DNA of 36,147 nt from a virus (Duplodnaviria > Heunggongvirae > Uroviricota > Caudoviricetes): the IMG/VR virus record IMGVR_UViG_2623620505_000004, positions 1-36,147 of that record. One strand, given 5' to 3'. This document shows positions 8,611 to 17,759 of this stretch, piece after piece; the first letter of the stretch is position 1; each line of letters begins with the position of its first letter. Made by a program: the position numbers and the translations under genes. Below the pieces are notes generated by a model. It was not told the DNA's origin. It saw only the letters and a list, made by a program, of their open reading frames with translations, and searched no databases.

Positions 8611-8637
8611 GCCGCCTAGCTGGCGGTCTTGTGTCTT
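8611..8637 (+). terminator. Putative intrinsic terminator after parR
   Basis: GCCGCC-TAGCT-GGCGGT hairpin followed by CTTGTGTCTT. Confidence 0.4.
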
Positions 8638-8670
8638 AAAATATGTTTATCTTAATGAGGACTATTATTT

Positions 8671-9189
8671 TTATAAAAAATAATCATCATGAGAGGAAAC
8701 ATGAAAATTATAATCTCTCAATTGGGGGATAATCCCTCTACTCCAAAGCAACGTTTTATTTAGTCCAAGTCCATCTAATTTCATCATCCTGTTGCGCAGC
8801 GCAATGAATTCATTCTTGAAGTTATCTGCAGAGATGATCTTTGGGCAAAAACAAGAATACAACTTTCTATTACTTACACCACAAGCATTGGCAAGCTCAT
8901 CCTCAAAATTGCTTGTTTGTTGAAATAGGTGGATTGTGTGTTTTTTCGCCTTTAATAGATTGAGATTATTCTTAAATCTATCAAGATTCTCAATCCTATC
9001 CGTATCAAAAACCACTATGATTTCGCTATTTTCGGTTAATGCTGGCATGTATTTATTTATATTAACATTCCATAAATTAGCAATTACTATTTTCTTAATA
9101 GGATAGCCTAGCAATGTTTTGAAATCCTGAAACAATGCTTTTTCCGTATCTCCCTCAACAAGAATAATAGCAAATTTCTTAACTGCCAT
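8671..9189 (-). CDS. Small TOPRIM-clan protein (OLD/DUF4435/RloB-like), putative nuclease partner of the upstream ATPase
   Basis: ATG at 9189 (GAGGA upstream) 2 nt after the ATPase stop; the ORF-track start at 9195 is TTG. 172 aa. AILVEGDTEK (TOPRIM glutamate) and IVVFDTDR (DxD) in the expected order. Strongly AT-rich. Confidence 0.6.
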   Translation of the reverse strand: MAVKKFAIILVEGDTEKALFQDFKTLLGYPIKKIVIANLWNVNINKYMPALTENSEIIVVFDTDRIENLDRFKNNLNLLKAKKHTIHLFQQTSNFEDELANACGVSNRKLYSCFCPKIISADNFKNEFIALRNRMMKLDGLGLNKTLLWSRGIIPQLRDYNFHVSSHDDYFL

Positions 9190-9191
9190 AA

Positions 9192-10391
9192 TCAATCCTC
9201 AAATAGCATCTCTTCGATTAATGAAACGTCAGGTATTGTTGCAAAACAGTCATTTTTTACTTTATTTAAAAGATTGCGATCATTCTTTTTATGATGTGTG
9301 GTAGCTTCAACAAAAGTGGTTACACCATCTACTTTTTTAGTAAAAGTATATGAATGCGTAGGCAGATCTAAGCTCAAGATATCATAATTATGTGTGGTGT
9401 ATATAAATTGACCATATCTGCAAAGCTTAGATATAATCAGCGTGACCATCATTTTTTCTAATTCAGTATGAGTGAAGGCCATTTTCTCATCCAAAAAGTA
9501 CACCCCACTGCAAGGGAAATTGAACTCTCGCTCTTCTATTTTATCTTCAAGCACTCCTGACAGGAGATGGGATATTTTTACTGCCTCATAAGTACCACGA
9601 GACAGTCTATCTTTATTTGTTATATCACCTTCCATATCAATAATAACTCTATCTCCATTATTGAAGACTACTGAATAACCCTGCAAATCCTCCTTTCCCT
9701 CATCATCTTTAAGAGTGAGTCCTGAGACAGATTTAACAGTATTGTCAAAGGTTTTTAATATGCTATTAAGCACATTCTTCTTAATTCGTGATATTTTATC
9801 CGTGTTCTCTTGGTTTTCAGATAGAATGAAATGCCAACCAAGAACAAAGTCCAAATCCTCTAAATATTGGGAAAATTCTTTTGAGTTAGCGTTTTCGGTT
9901 GAAAAAAATCTATTTTGACCATTTAATTCAAACTTTTGCGCATCCCACACAGCATCCAGTCTTTTGGTCGTCTTTGCGCATGATTCCGAGCTTCTTAAAT
10001 CAACAGATGCCATTGCAATTTTTTCTACAACAACAGACTCATCCATAGCCCTAAGCCAGACACCTGCCCTAAACAAACATTTTAAATGACTCTGGAAAAA
10101 GTCAACCTCTATATATGCAGGTTTTCTTTTGTCAGTAATTTTTAACGGTTCTGGATTGAAAACACCACTACTGAGAAAACGCAACACAGAAAGCATCACG
10201 CGACCAAGAGATGTTTTACCAGATGCATTAGCACCAGAAACGATGCAAACCTTTTTGAAGTAGAACTTTTCAAATCCATCAATGTACTCACCTTCCAGTG
10301 AGCTGTTGATCGGGGGTCTGGAGAAGCTTAAGTCAAGGATGCTATTTTCAAAGCAAAACAGATTATCGATTCTGATTTTTGTAAAAGCCAT
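9192..10391 (-). CDS. ABC/AAA-type ATPase (AAA_15/AAA_21-like), putative defense ATPase
   Basis: ATG at 10391 with GGTGG RBS. Walker A GANASGKTS, signature-like LSRGTYEAV, Walker B VYFLDE, H-loop-like TTHN. 399 aa, AT-rich, tightly coupled to the downstream TOPRIM gene. Confidence 0.75.
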   Translation of the reverse strand: MAFTKIRIDNLFCFENSILDLSFSRPPINSSLEGEYIDGFEKFYFKKVCIVSGANASGKTSLGRVMLSVLRFLSSGVFNPEPLKITDKRKPAYIEVDFFQSHLKCLFRAGVWLRAMDESVVVEKIAMASVDLRSSESCAKTTKRLDAVWDAQKFELNGQNRFFSTENANSKEFSQYLEDLDFVLGWHFILSENQENTDKISRIKKNVLNSILKTFDNTVKSVSGLTLKDDEGKEDLQGYSVVFNNGDRVIIDMEGDITNKDRLSRGTYEAVKISHLLSGVLEDKIEEREFNFPCSGVYFLDEKMAFTHTELEKMMVTLIISKLCRYGQFIYTTHNYDILSLDLPTHSYTFTKKVDGVTTFVEATTHHKKNDRNLLNKVKNDCFATIPDVSLIEEMLFED

Positions 10392-10476
10392 TTTGTTCCA
10401 CCTTTTGGAAGTAAATATTGCTACCTGTTGAGTTTACATGTAATGAGCTGGTAAGCAATACAGGGATTCGATTTAG

Positions 10477-10504
10477 CGCACAATAGTGCACAAATTTGCA
10501 CAAT
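10477..10504 (-). promoter_or_regulatory. Three tandem TTGTGC(A/G)C repeats upstream of the ATPase gene (candidate operator)
   Basis: Minus strand reads TTGTGCAAAT TTGTGCACTA TTGTGCGC, just upstream of a possible TTGCTT-N16-TAAACT sigma70 promoter and the ATPase RBS. Confidence 0.3.
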
Positions 10505-10573
10505 TTTTTTGAACGAATTTTTGCCCTTCTGGCCCGCGTGGCGGCTGGATCCGTCAGGGATCCGTGCGTGCAC

Positions 10574-10599
10574 AAAAAAACGCGCTTTTTCTGCGCGCA
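10574..10599 (-). terminator. Putative intrinsic terminator on minus strand (insulates the island from Q-P read-through)
   Basis: Minus strand GCGCGC-AGAAAAA-GCGCG followed by a run of seven T (plus-strand A-run 10574-10580). Confidence 0.4.
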
Positions 10600-10873
10600 G
10601 GTGACGGGGGAACAGCCCGCGTTTCAGGGGGTAAATAGCGTTCCCTTAACGATGTCGCAGCGACACGACAGAATGGCCGTATTTCTCACGCTGAGCGTGA
10701 AAAATACGTGAGGGATTCTGGTTTGATGGGGTGAAAGGTAAGGCCGTCAAAATCGCACTGAGGCGGCGAGAACATGCAGTCAGCGCAGTGGGATTGCGTA
10801 AGAATCTGACCGTCGATGATGGCAATAAGCAGGAAAGCGTCGTGAAATTATCTGACTGATACAGGAGCTGGAG

Positions 10874-10900
10874 AGTCGGGGCATAAATTTTTTATGCCCC
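10874..10900. terminator. Strong palindromic hairpin just downstream of portal gene Q
   Basis: CCGGGGCATAAA-TTTT-TTATGCCCCGG, a near-perfect inverted repeat; no clean U-tract on either side, so function (terminator or processing site) is uncertain. Confidence 0.35.
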
Positions 10901-10927
10901 GGCGAAGCAGCAGACAAGCGAAGCGCG

Positions 10928-11974
10928 TCAGGATGTGGGCTGGGTATCTAACAGTGCGTAAGGGTTAAAGCGGATCACCTCTTCGCCAAGCCAGTCATTG
11001 ATGTGCTTCATGGCCTCCATGACGGGCATCAGCTCGTTAATTGCGTAAACCCGCGCGGCCTTCTCCACATCACCAAACGCACTTTTTTCGCCCGGCATCG
11101 CCCCCATCAGTTGCGGCGGAACGCGGTGCGCAGCCAGCACATCATCACGGGATGCCGCCTTAACATTCATGAACTCATCCTTTGCGGTGATCTGCTGGAA
11201 CGGCAAAATTTGCACCCCCTCTTTGCCCCCGTTGGGCGCATGAATGAGCACGTTTTTAAACGCACCACCACCACGTGCCCCCTGTAGCGTTTCTTTCAGG
11301 GAGTCCATGCTTTCGCGGTTTACCTGCGCTGCACCGATGTAGATGATGCACCCGGCGTGGGATCCGTTGTCGTAGTACAGTTTTCTGAACATGTCCGCCG
11401 AATGAGAAAGGCTGGCCGAGAGTAATGCGCCAAGATATTCCGGCATGCCGTAGATTTCCTGGTTAATATCCGGATTCATCAGGTGGCACACTTTGCCAGG
11501 ACGAAACTGAAACGCATCCTTGCCATCCTGCACATACCACCATGATTCAAGATCGCTTCCGCGTCGCATGTATTTCGCCAGGGCGTGCCGTAATTTAAGC
11601 GGTTCGCCGAGCATATTGCTCCGAAGCTCAAGGAATGCGTTACCGAACACAAACCAGTCCAGCGCCAGCGCCGAGAAATCCTGCCGGGAAAGCAGCGGGT
11701 GCGGAATATAGCAGCCGAGCAATACATTGCGCTTAAAGTAAAGCGCAGACTGATGCCAGGACGTTTGCCGGGCAGCTCTTGCCAGACCGTACCAGTCCAC
11801 CGGGGTTTCATACCACCGCCCGTTATCAGCACAGTACATATTGTCCAGCAGGTCATGCCCGGTCAGGCGATAAGGACCATCAAATGTGAATGCACTGAGC
11901 GATGATTCTTTCCTGAGCGCATCAGCGAGATCAATGCGTGAACTCATGCGCACTTTTTTATTTTTTCTGCTCAT
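10928..11974 (-). CDS. Q: Portal protein gpQ
   Basis: 348 aa, position and size as P2 Q; start ATG overlaps the terminase stop by 1 nt (TGATG). First gene product of the leftward Q-P late operon's downstream end. Confidence 0.88.
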   Translation of the reverse strand: MSRKNKKVRMSSRIDLADALRKESSLSAFTFDGPYRLTGHDLLDNMYCADNGRWYETPVDWYGLARAARQTSWHQSALYFKRNVLLGCYIPHPLLSRQDFSALALDWFVFGNAFLELRSNMLGEPLKLRHALAKYMRRGSDLESWWYVQDGKDAFQFRPGKVCHLMNPDINQEIYGMPEYLGALLSASLSHSADMFRKLYYDNGSHAGCIIYIGAAQVNRESMDSLKETLQGARGGGAFKNVLIHAPNGGKEGVQILPFQQITAKDEFMNVKAASRDDVLAAHRVPPQLMGAMPGEKSAFGDVEKAARVYAINELMPVMEAMKHINDWLGEEVIRFNPYALLDTQPTS

Positions 11975-13725
11975 CAGAACTCCATAACCGTGAAACGCTC
12001 GTTTTCTCCTTCGCCGCCAATCGGTTCATTAATGACAGCAAGCATGGTTGCCCACGCAAGGTCGCCGTGGCTGATCCCCCTCGCTCGGTCCGTTTCGTAA
12101 GTGATAAAGCCGCCCGGTGTTTTCACCTTACGCACGGCGTTAAAGGCCGCGACCAGCTCGCGTTCGGCGCGATCGTATTCCCACCGCCCGGCACGCATTA
12201 TTTGCAGCATTTTCAGTACCAGCGACCGTTTTGATGACAGCGTGAAGGTGTACGGAATAGCAGCAGGGAAAAACCGTTTCACTATCTGATAAACGGCATC
12301 CCCGTGCCCGCCAGTCGCATCAATGCCGATGTGTTCCACGTTGTAGCGACACGTGAACTCTTCAATGACTCTGGCCTGTTCTTCAAACTCCAGCCCCTGA
12401 ACGCGTCGCGTCTCCACCGTTCGAAAACGGCCACCAGGAACAGCCGGAGGAACCACCACGGACACAGCGCCGCTGTCGCCGTTTCCACTGCTGCCGTTTG
12501 CGTCATACCCAATCCATACCGGACGATTCCCCATCGGGCGGGGAGCAAAAGGTTTCCAGTCTTTCCAGTCGTCGTATCCATCAACACCGCAGCCAATCAG
12601 GATATTCAGGTTAAATGCCGATTCCCCTTCGCGGACAAACTCACACATATAGAGATTGCGGAACTCGTCTTCGGTGTTTTCATCACGAATTTCATCAATA
12701 TCGGTGTGTTTCCAGCCGTGATTAACCACATCTTCCAGCGTGACAATTTGCCGCCACGTCCGGTCGGGGCAGATAAGCCCGTTATGCAGCGTTTTCCAGT
12801 CCACAGAAAAACGCTGGCGTTTATGCGCGGCCTTTTTCTCGTTCCAGCGGTCGCCGTTCCAATAGACGTATGCCTCGTGCGTTTCGGTGGATGGCGTGGA
12901 GAAGTAGGTGCGTCGCAGCCCGCTGAGGGTTGCCATAGCGCCAGCCACCTTGCGCAGTTCAGCAAAGCGACTGACCCAGAAAAATTCATCAAAATAAAAA
13001 TTGCCTGTGTAGGACTGTGCCGTCGCAGCAGAAGTACCGAGAAAATGCAGTTCTGCGCCGTTGGAGAGGATGATTTTATCGCCCCCTTTCAGCTCCACAT
13101 CAACTTCAGCCGCGGCCTTCTGAATAATGCTTTTAAACTGGAACGCCTGACGACGCGACGCAGACAAAAAAATCTGGTTACGCTGGTAAGGTTGTGCCAC
13201 ATCGTCACGCAGCGCCATCAGCAGTGCTTCCTGTGCAAAATACCAGGTCGCCCCAATCTGTCGGGATTTCAGGATCATCCTGTTACGTATCCCGGCTTCA
13301 CTGCAAAGGGTCAGGGAGTCAAACCAGCCCCGCTGATGCCACTCCAGCCTGCTGATGATTTTTTCCCGCAGTGCGGCAATCTGCTCCGGCGTGAAATGAT
13401 TTTTAAGTTTTTTCGCCCGGCCTTTCTTTCCTGTGGCCGTCGCATCCGGCTGGCCATCATGCAGTTTTTTAAGCTGCCGGGTCAGCAGGTCTATTTCCTT
13501 AAAGTCACCACCTGTTTTATTCTGTTTTTCAGTAAGCTGGATGAGGCGCGCATCGATGGACTGCGTGACACGCTGCACGGGTGGCGTTTCATCCCACTGG
13601 TCGCGTTTTTTCCACGCATAAATCGTGTTCGGGTTTATTCCCATCAGACGTGATATTTCTGCGGGCGGATAACCCTGCCAGTAAAGTTGCCGCGCACGCT
13701 GGCGCACAAAAGCGTCCTGAATCAT
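11974..13725 (-). CDS. P: Terminase large (ATPase) subunit gpP
   Basis: 583 aa, ATG at 13725; size and position as P2 P; N-terminal HTH-like region (GYPPAEISRLMGINPNTIYAWKKR) and nuclease-like C-terminal half. Confidence 0.88.
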   Translation of the reverse strand: MIQDAFVRQRARQLYWQGYPPAEISRLMGINPNTIYAWKKRDQWDETPPVQRVTQSIDARLIQLTEKQNKTGGDFKEIDLLTRQLKKLHDGQPDATATGKKGRAKKLKNHFTPEQIAALREKIISRLEWHQRGWFDSLTLCSEAGIRNRMILKSRQIGATWYFAQEALLMALRDDVAQPYQRNQIFLSASRRQAFQFKSIIQKAAAEVDVELKGGDKIILSNGAELHFLGTSAATAQSYTGNFYFDEFFWVSRFAELRKVAGAMATLSGLRRTYFSTPSTETHEAYVYWNGDRWNEKKAAHKRQRFSVDWKTLHNGLICPDRTWRQIVTLEDVVNHGWKHTDIDEIRDENTEDEFRNLYMCEFVREGESAFNLNILIGCGVDGYDDWKDWKPFAPRPMGNRPVWIGYDANGSSGNGDSGAVSVVVPPAVPGGRFRTVETRRVQGLEFEEQARVIEEFTCRYNVEHIGIDATGGHGDAVYQIVKRFFPAAIPYTFTLSSKRSLVLKMLQIMRAGRWEYDRAERELVAAFNAVRKVKTPGGFITYETDRARGISHGDLAWATMLAVINEPIGGEGENERFTVMEF

Positions 13726-13879
13726 TGCTCCCCCTGAGTAATTACAGGAAGATTACCCGCGCGCGAAACCGTTCTCCTTAACCCCCTGTTCTGGCCGTTT
13801 TCTTACAACAAAAGCCCTTTGTATCAGCCTGTTACGCTTTGCCATCATGACTGAAGAACCAGTCAGAGGGGCAAAAACT
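13726..13879. promoter_or_regulatory. Divergent late promoter region (P-Q leftward, O-N-M-L rightward)
   Basis: Intergenic between divergently oriented P and O, the position of the Ogr-dependent late promoters in P2. A clean TGT-N12-ACA dyad was not confirmed by eye. Confidence 0.4.
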
Positions 13880-14716
13880 ATGGCTAATGAAAAAAAGACA
13901 TCCCGCAAAAAGTTTCGCGTGGCTGTCTCCGGATCAACTGTTGATGGCCGTGAAATCAGTCCGGTGCATCTGCGTGAAGCCGCCGAGAACTTCAACCCGG
14001 ATGTTTACGCTGCCCGCGTGAACGTTGAGCACTATCTCTCGCCATGCCCGTCAAGCGAATTTTCCGCAATGGGCGATGTCACCGCACTGAGTACGGAAGA
14101 CATTACGGAAGGTCCGCTGGCCGGACGTACTGCGCTGTATGCAGAAATCGAACCGACCGAGCGCATGAAGCAGCTTGTCGCGGACGGCAAGAAAATCTAT
14201 TCCAGTATCGAACTGCACCCGCAGTTCTCCGTTAACGGGCGCGCCTATCTGGTCGGGCTGGCGATGACCGACACCCCGGCAAGCCTGGGCACTGAGCGCC
14301 TGAAATTCACGGCACAGCAACGTCAGGCGGTGATGACGTTCAACAGTGTCCAGGGTGAAGCACCGCTCATTTCCGAAGCCATCGAGTCTGAAATCATCGA
14401 AATGGCAGAACAACGCCAGGAAGAAGGCACCCAGTGGTTTAACCGCGTAATGGGGATTATTGGTCGTGGCCGCAAAGCGGATGACGCCAGTTTCTCCCGT
14501 ATTCAGGAAGCGGTGGAAGGCGTCGCAACGTCACAGGCCGACATTATCGACCGTTTTAATGTGCTGGAAACCCGCCATCAGCAGGACCGCCAGAAAATCA
14601 CGTCACTGACCACAGAGCTGACAGCACTGAAGGAAAAACTGCGCACGCAGGACGGCGATCCGCAGAACCGCTTCACCGCAACGGGCGCAGCCTCCGACCA
14701 GCTGGCTGACTTCTGA
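13880..14716 (+). CDS. O: Capsid scaffolding protein gpO
   Basis: ATG at 13880 after AGAGGG (MANEKKTSRKKFRVAVSGSTVDGREISP...); matches the P2 O N-terminus and YLVGLAMTDTPASLGTE region as remembered. The ORF-track start at 13847 lies upstream. Confidence 0.85.
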   Translation: MANEKKTSRKKFRVAVSGSTVDGREISPVHLREAAENFNPDVYAARVNVEHYLSPCPSSEFSAMGDVTALSTEDITEGPLAGRTALYAEIEPTERMKQLVADGKKIYSSIELHPQFSVNGRAYLVGLAMTDTPASLGTERLKFTAQQRQAVMTFNSVQGEAPLISEAIESEIIEMAEQRQEEGTQWFNRVMGIIGRGRKADDASFSRIQEAVEGVATSQADIIDRFNVLETRHQQDRQKITSLTTELTALKEKLRTQDGDPQNRFTATGAASDQLADF

Positions 14717-14738
14717 TAAGACAAAGGAGCAAATTTTT

Positions 14739-15791
14739 ATGAATCTGGTGATGTCAGATATTACCCGCAACAAGCTGGGTTGCTATATGGCGCAGCAGGC
14801 GTCGCTTAACAATATCCCGGTATCTGCACTGGTATCGCGATTTACCGTGGAACCCTCGGTGCAGCAGCGTTTTGAAAACGCAGTAAAGGAGAGCACTGAA
14901 TTTACAAAAAAAATTAACGTGTTCGGTGTGACTGACCAGAAAGGCGAAAAAATCCTCCTGGACACCACCGGGCCGATTGCGCGCACGAATACCAGTTATG
15001 ACGGCACAAAACGCCGTAACCCGAATAACGTGGTTGATCTGAAAAACCGCAAATACCAGTGCGAACAGGTGAACTACGACACGTTTATTTCGTATCCGCA
15101 GCTTGATGCCTGGGCGGCACACCCTGATTTTCAGTCCCGCGTCAGCACACAGATTGCCCGGCAGGTGGCGCTTGACCGCATCATGATCGGTTTCAACGGC
15201 ACGTCTCACGCGGATGAGTCCAACTTCAGCACTAACAAGCTGCTTCAGGACGTTAACGTGGGATGGCTGGAGCACATCAGAACCGACGCCAGCGAGCGCG
15301 TTATGAATGATGTAACGCTGACCTCCCGCAACATGGACAACACCGTGGCGCACGCGGGTAAATATGCGAACGCTGATGCACTGGTACAGGACGCGCGCTC
15401 ATCCCTGCTGGATGAATGGCACAAGGAAGCTGACGACCTCGTGGTGATTATGGGGCGCAACCTGTTTAACTCGCTGCGTCTGCCCGTGCTGAACAGCATC
15501 AGCGGCCAGAATCCCAATGCGGAATTACTTGCCGGACAGCTCATCCTGTCATCGCGCGCCATTGGCGGGCTGGATGTATTCCTTGCGCCGTTCTTCCCGG
15601 ATGCAACGATGCTGATCACCTCGTTCAACAACCTGTCAATTTACTGGCAGAAAGGAACAATGCGTCGCCTGATGAAAGACGAGCCGGAATACAACCGCAT
15701 CGCCACCTACCAGTCCATCAATGACGCTTATGTCGTTGAAGACTATGGCAAGTGCGCGATGGTCACTGGCCTGAAGTTCGCCGACAGCTAA
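14739..15791 (+). CDS. N: Major capsid protein gpN
   Basis: AAGGAG RBS; blocks TVEPSV, NRKYQCEQVNYDTFISYPQLDAWA, IMIGFNG, NLSIYWQ, YVVEDYG align with P2 N as remembered. Confidence 0.9.
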   Translation: MNLVMSDITRNKLGCYMAQQASLNNIPVSALVSRFTVEPSVQQRFENAVKESTEFTKKINVFGVTDQKGEKILLDTTGPIARTNTSYDGTKRRNPNNVVDLKNRKYQCEQVNYDTFISYPQLDAWAAHPDFQSRVSTQIARQVALDRIMIGFNGTSHADESNFSTNKLLQDVNVGWLEHIRTDASERVMNDVTLTSRNMDNTVAHAGKYANADALVQDARSSLLDEWHKEADDLVVIMGRNLFNSLRLPVLNSISGQNPNAELLAGQLILSSRAIGGLDVFLAPFFPDATMLITSFNNLSIYWQKGTMRRLMKDEPEYNRIATYQSINDAYVVEDYGKCAMVTGLKFADS

Positions 15792-15836
15792 TCACCTCAC
15801 GGCGGGCATCATGCCCGCCTGTAACGGAGAGAAAAA

Positions 15837-16637
15837 ATGATTACTCCTGCACAGCAACACTGGCAGAACGTGATGGCACAGCGCGCAGGCCGGGCGAATG
15901 AAGGCGTGGACCACGCCGCGCGTACCGCGCATGAAGAGGTGCTGTATCGTCTGCGTCTGGCACAGGCCCGGCTTAAGGGCGTACAGGCCAGAAGCGCGAA
16001 AGCCGCCATCAAAAAAGAGTTATTGCCGGACTTTTCCGGCTGGATTGAGGGAACGCTGGAGGCTGACGGCGGGCAGCAGGATGAAGTGATTGCCACGCTG
16101 ATGGTGTGGGCGATTGACTGCGGCGATCTTCCGCTGGCGCTGCGTATTGGTGCATATGTGGTCCGTCACAACCTCATCATGCCGGATAACTTTGGACGTA
16201 CTGCTGCCACGGTACTGACCGAAGAAATCTGTAATCCGGTACTGACGCAGGCCGGGACGGATGCCGACGCGGATTTGTCCGCCTTTATCGAACCACTGGA
16301 CACCCTCCGGGAGATTGTCACCGACCAGGACATGCCGGACGAAGTGCGCGCCAAATTATGCAAAGCGTGCGCCTTTGCCCGCCGTGGCCTGACCGATGCG
16401 GACAGCATGGCCTCATCACTGAAGCTGCTGCGCGAAGCGATGCACCTGAACCCGAACGCAGGTGTGAAACGCGAGATTGCAACCCTTTCCCGCGCCCTGA
16501 AAAAAGCCGATTCCGCAGCCGCACCAGAAGATGCCAGCACACCGCAGGCGCAGGACGAAAGCAGCAAAAGTAAAAAGACAACGCGGAAGCCTGCAACACG
16601 AAAAACCACCGCGACGCAGAAGGCGAAGCGCGGTTAA
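15837..16637 (+). CDS. M: Terminase small (endonuclease) subunit gpM
   Basis: MITPAQQHW..., KKELLP, PDEVRAKL, AGVKREI and a basic C-terminal tail align with P2 M as remembered. Confidence 0.85.
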   Translation: MITPAQQHWQNVMAQRAGRANEGVDHAARTAHEEVLYRLRLAQARLKGVQARSAKAAIKKELLPDFSGWIEGTLEADGGQQDEVIATLMVWAIDCGDLPLALRIGAYVVRHNLIMPDNFGRTAATVLTEEICNPVLTQAGTDADADLSAFIEPLDTLREIVTDQDMPDEVRAKLCKACAFARRGLTDADSMASSLKLLREAMHLNPNAGVKREIATLSRALKKADSAAAPEDASTPQAQDESSKSKKTTRKPATRKTTATQKAKRG

Positions 16638-16738
16638 CGACTGACCCCGTCAGCGGGCGGCGTGCGCGGTGTTCCGGTTTGACTCCGTGACCGTTTACAC
16701 CGCGCACCCACCGCCCGATTTTTTCAGGAGTGAACCCC

Positions 16739-17233
16739 ATGAGTATGGTTGCCAGAACCAACCCCGGACCCGCAGAGGACGACATCACCGATACCGATGA
16801 TGGTGATACCCGTATTTCAGCAGGTGCATTCTGGCCGGATATTGTGCTGCGTGAGCTGCGTCTGGCGGTACGACTGCCGGGCCGTGTGACCACCTCCCGC
16901 CTGCTGCATACCGCCACCGGGGCCGTGGCACACGTTACCCGCGAGCTGGAAGCGTGGCAGCAGGAACAGCAGGCGGCTGGCCATCAGACGCTGGCCGATG
17001 TTCCGGCACCCGTAATTAACGGAGAAAGCGTCAATCTCTGGCACTGGCGCAATGCGGTTTACACCGCCACACGCGCCCTGATTCTGGAGCGTTACCGCGA
17101 TGCGGACACAACGGACAAGGGCGACCGCCGGGCGGACGCACTGGATATACAGACATCGGATTTGTGGCGCGATGTGAGCTGGGCCATCTCTGACATTCTG
17201 TGCCGCCCGCGAATCTTTGCGGAGTTGTGCTGA
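16739..17233 (+). CDS. L: Head completion/stabilization protein gpL
   Basis: ATG at 16739 after AGGAG; the ORF-track start at 16730 is GTG. About 164 aa, in the P2 L position. Confidence 0.75.
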   Translation: MSMVARTNPGPAEDDITDTDDGDTRISAGAFWPDIVLRELRLAVRLPGRVTTSRLLHTATGAVAHVTRELEAWQQEQQAAGHQTLADVPAPVINGESVNLWHWRNAVYTATRALILERYRDADTTDKGDRRADALDIQTSDLWRDVSWAISDILCRPRIFAELC

Positions 17234-17433
17234 TGAAAGTGAAGGCACTGGAAGGCGACACCGTGGATTCGCTCTGTTTCCGGTACTACGGCACGACGCA
17301 GGGCGTCACCGAAAAGGTGCTGGATGCCAACCCCGGACTCTGTCAGCAGGTATTTCTGGACGCCGGGCAGGAAGTGGAGATGCCGGAGCCGGAGAAGAAG
17401 AAACGAGAAATGATTCAGTTGTGGGGGGAGTAG
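17233..17433 (+). CDS. X: Tail protein gpX (LysM-like)
   Basis: ATG at 17233 overlaps the L stop; MKVKALEGDTVDSLCFRYYGTTQGVTEKVLDANPGL resembles P2 X as remembered. Confidence 0.75.
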   Translation: MKVKALEGDTVDSLCFRYYGTTQGVTEKVLDANPGLCQQVFLDAGQEVEMPEPEKKKREMIQLWGE

Positions 17434-17435
17434 CA

Positions 17436-17759
17436 GTGAGCACCATTCAAACAGGGATCACAGAGCAGGTTATTGCGTGGCTCTTTGACCACCTGCCAAC
17501 GGTGTATGCAGTAGGCGCGGCGGTCAGCATTTCCGCGCTGATGAGTCTTTATGACGGACGAACACTGGTTCAGACCGTAACGGGATCGCTGGCGTGCGGC
17601 GTTCTTGCCATGGCCGTGGCCGGGTCGTTGCGCTTCTTCGGTTTTCCTGAAGATGCCGTGACGTTTATCGGCGCATCAATCGGTTTTATGGGGGCAGAGA
17701 AAGCACGCGACAAGGTTATTGCGGCCTTTAATCGCAGGGTGAAGGAGAAAGACGAATGA
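17436..17759 (+). CDS. Putative holin (GTG start)
   Basis: GTG at 17436, 6 nt after GGGGGAG; about 107 aa with hydrophobic helices (AWLFDHLPTVYAVGAAVSISALMSLY, SLACGVLAMAVAGSL); directly upstream of the endolysin. Confidence 0.5.
   Translation: MSTIQTGITEQVIAWLFDHLPTVYAVGAAVSISALMSLYDGRTLVQTVTGSLACGVLAMAVAGSLRFFGFPEDAVTFIGASIGFMGAEKARDKVIAAFNRRVKEKDE

Noticed and set aside
8664-8684. AT-only palindrome ATTATTTTT-ATA-AAAAATAAT at the 3' end of the TOPRIM gene
   Set aside because: Overlaps the stop codon and is entirely A/T, so stability as a terminator is doubtful; kept only as a note.
10496-10711. 71-aa plus-strand ORF in the cos-candidate intergenic region
   Set aside because: No RBS, overlaps hairpin and terminator structures; more likely non-coding.
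12304-13653. 449-aa plus-strand ORF
   Set aside because: Lies entirely antisense within the terminase gpP gene, which has strong protein-level support; no motif, no RBS.
14754-15353. 199-aa minus-strand ORF
   Set aside because: Antisense within major capsid gene gpN.
16166-16917. Overlapping minus-strand ORFs (147 and 199 aa)
   Set aside because: Antisense within gpM and gpL; arginine/serine-rich reverse-frame artefacts.
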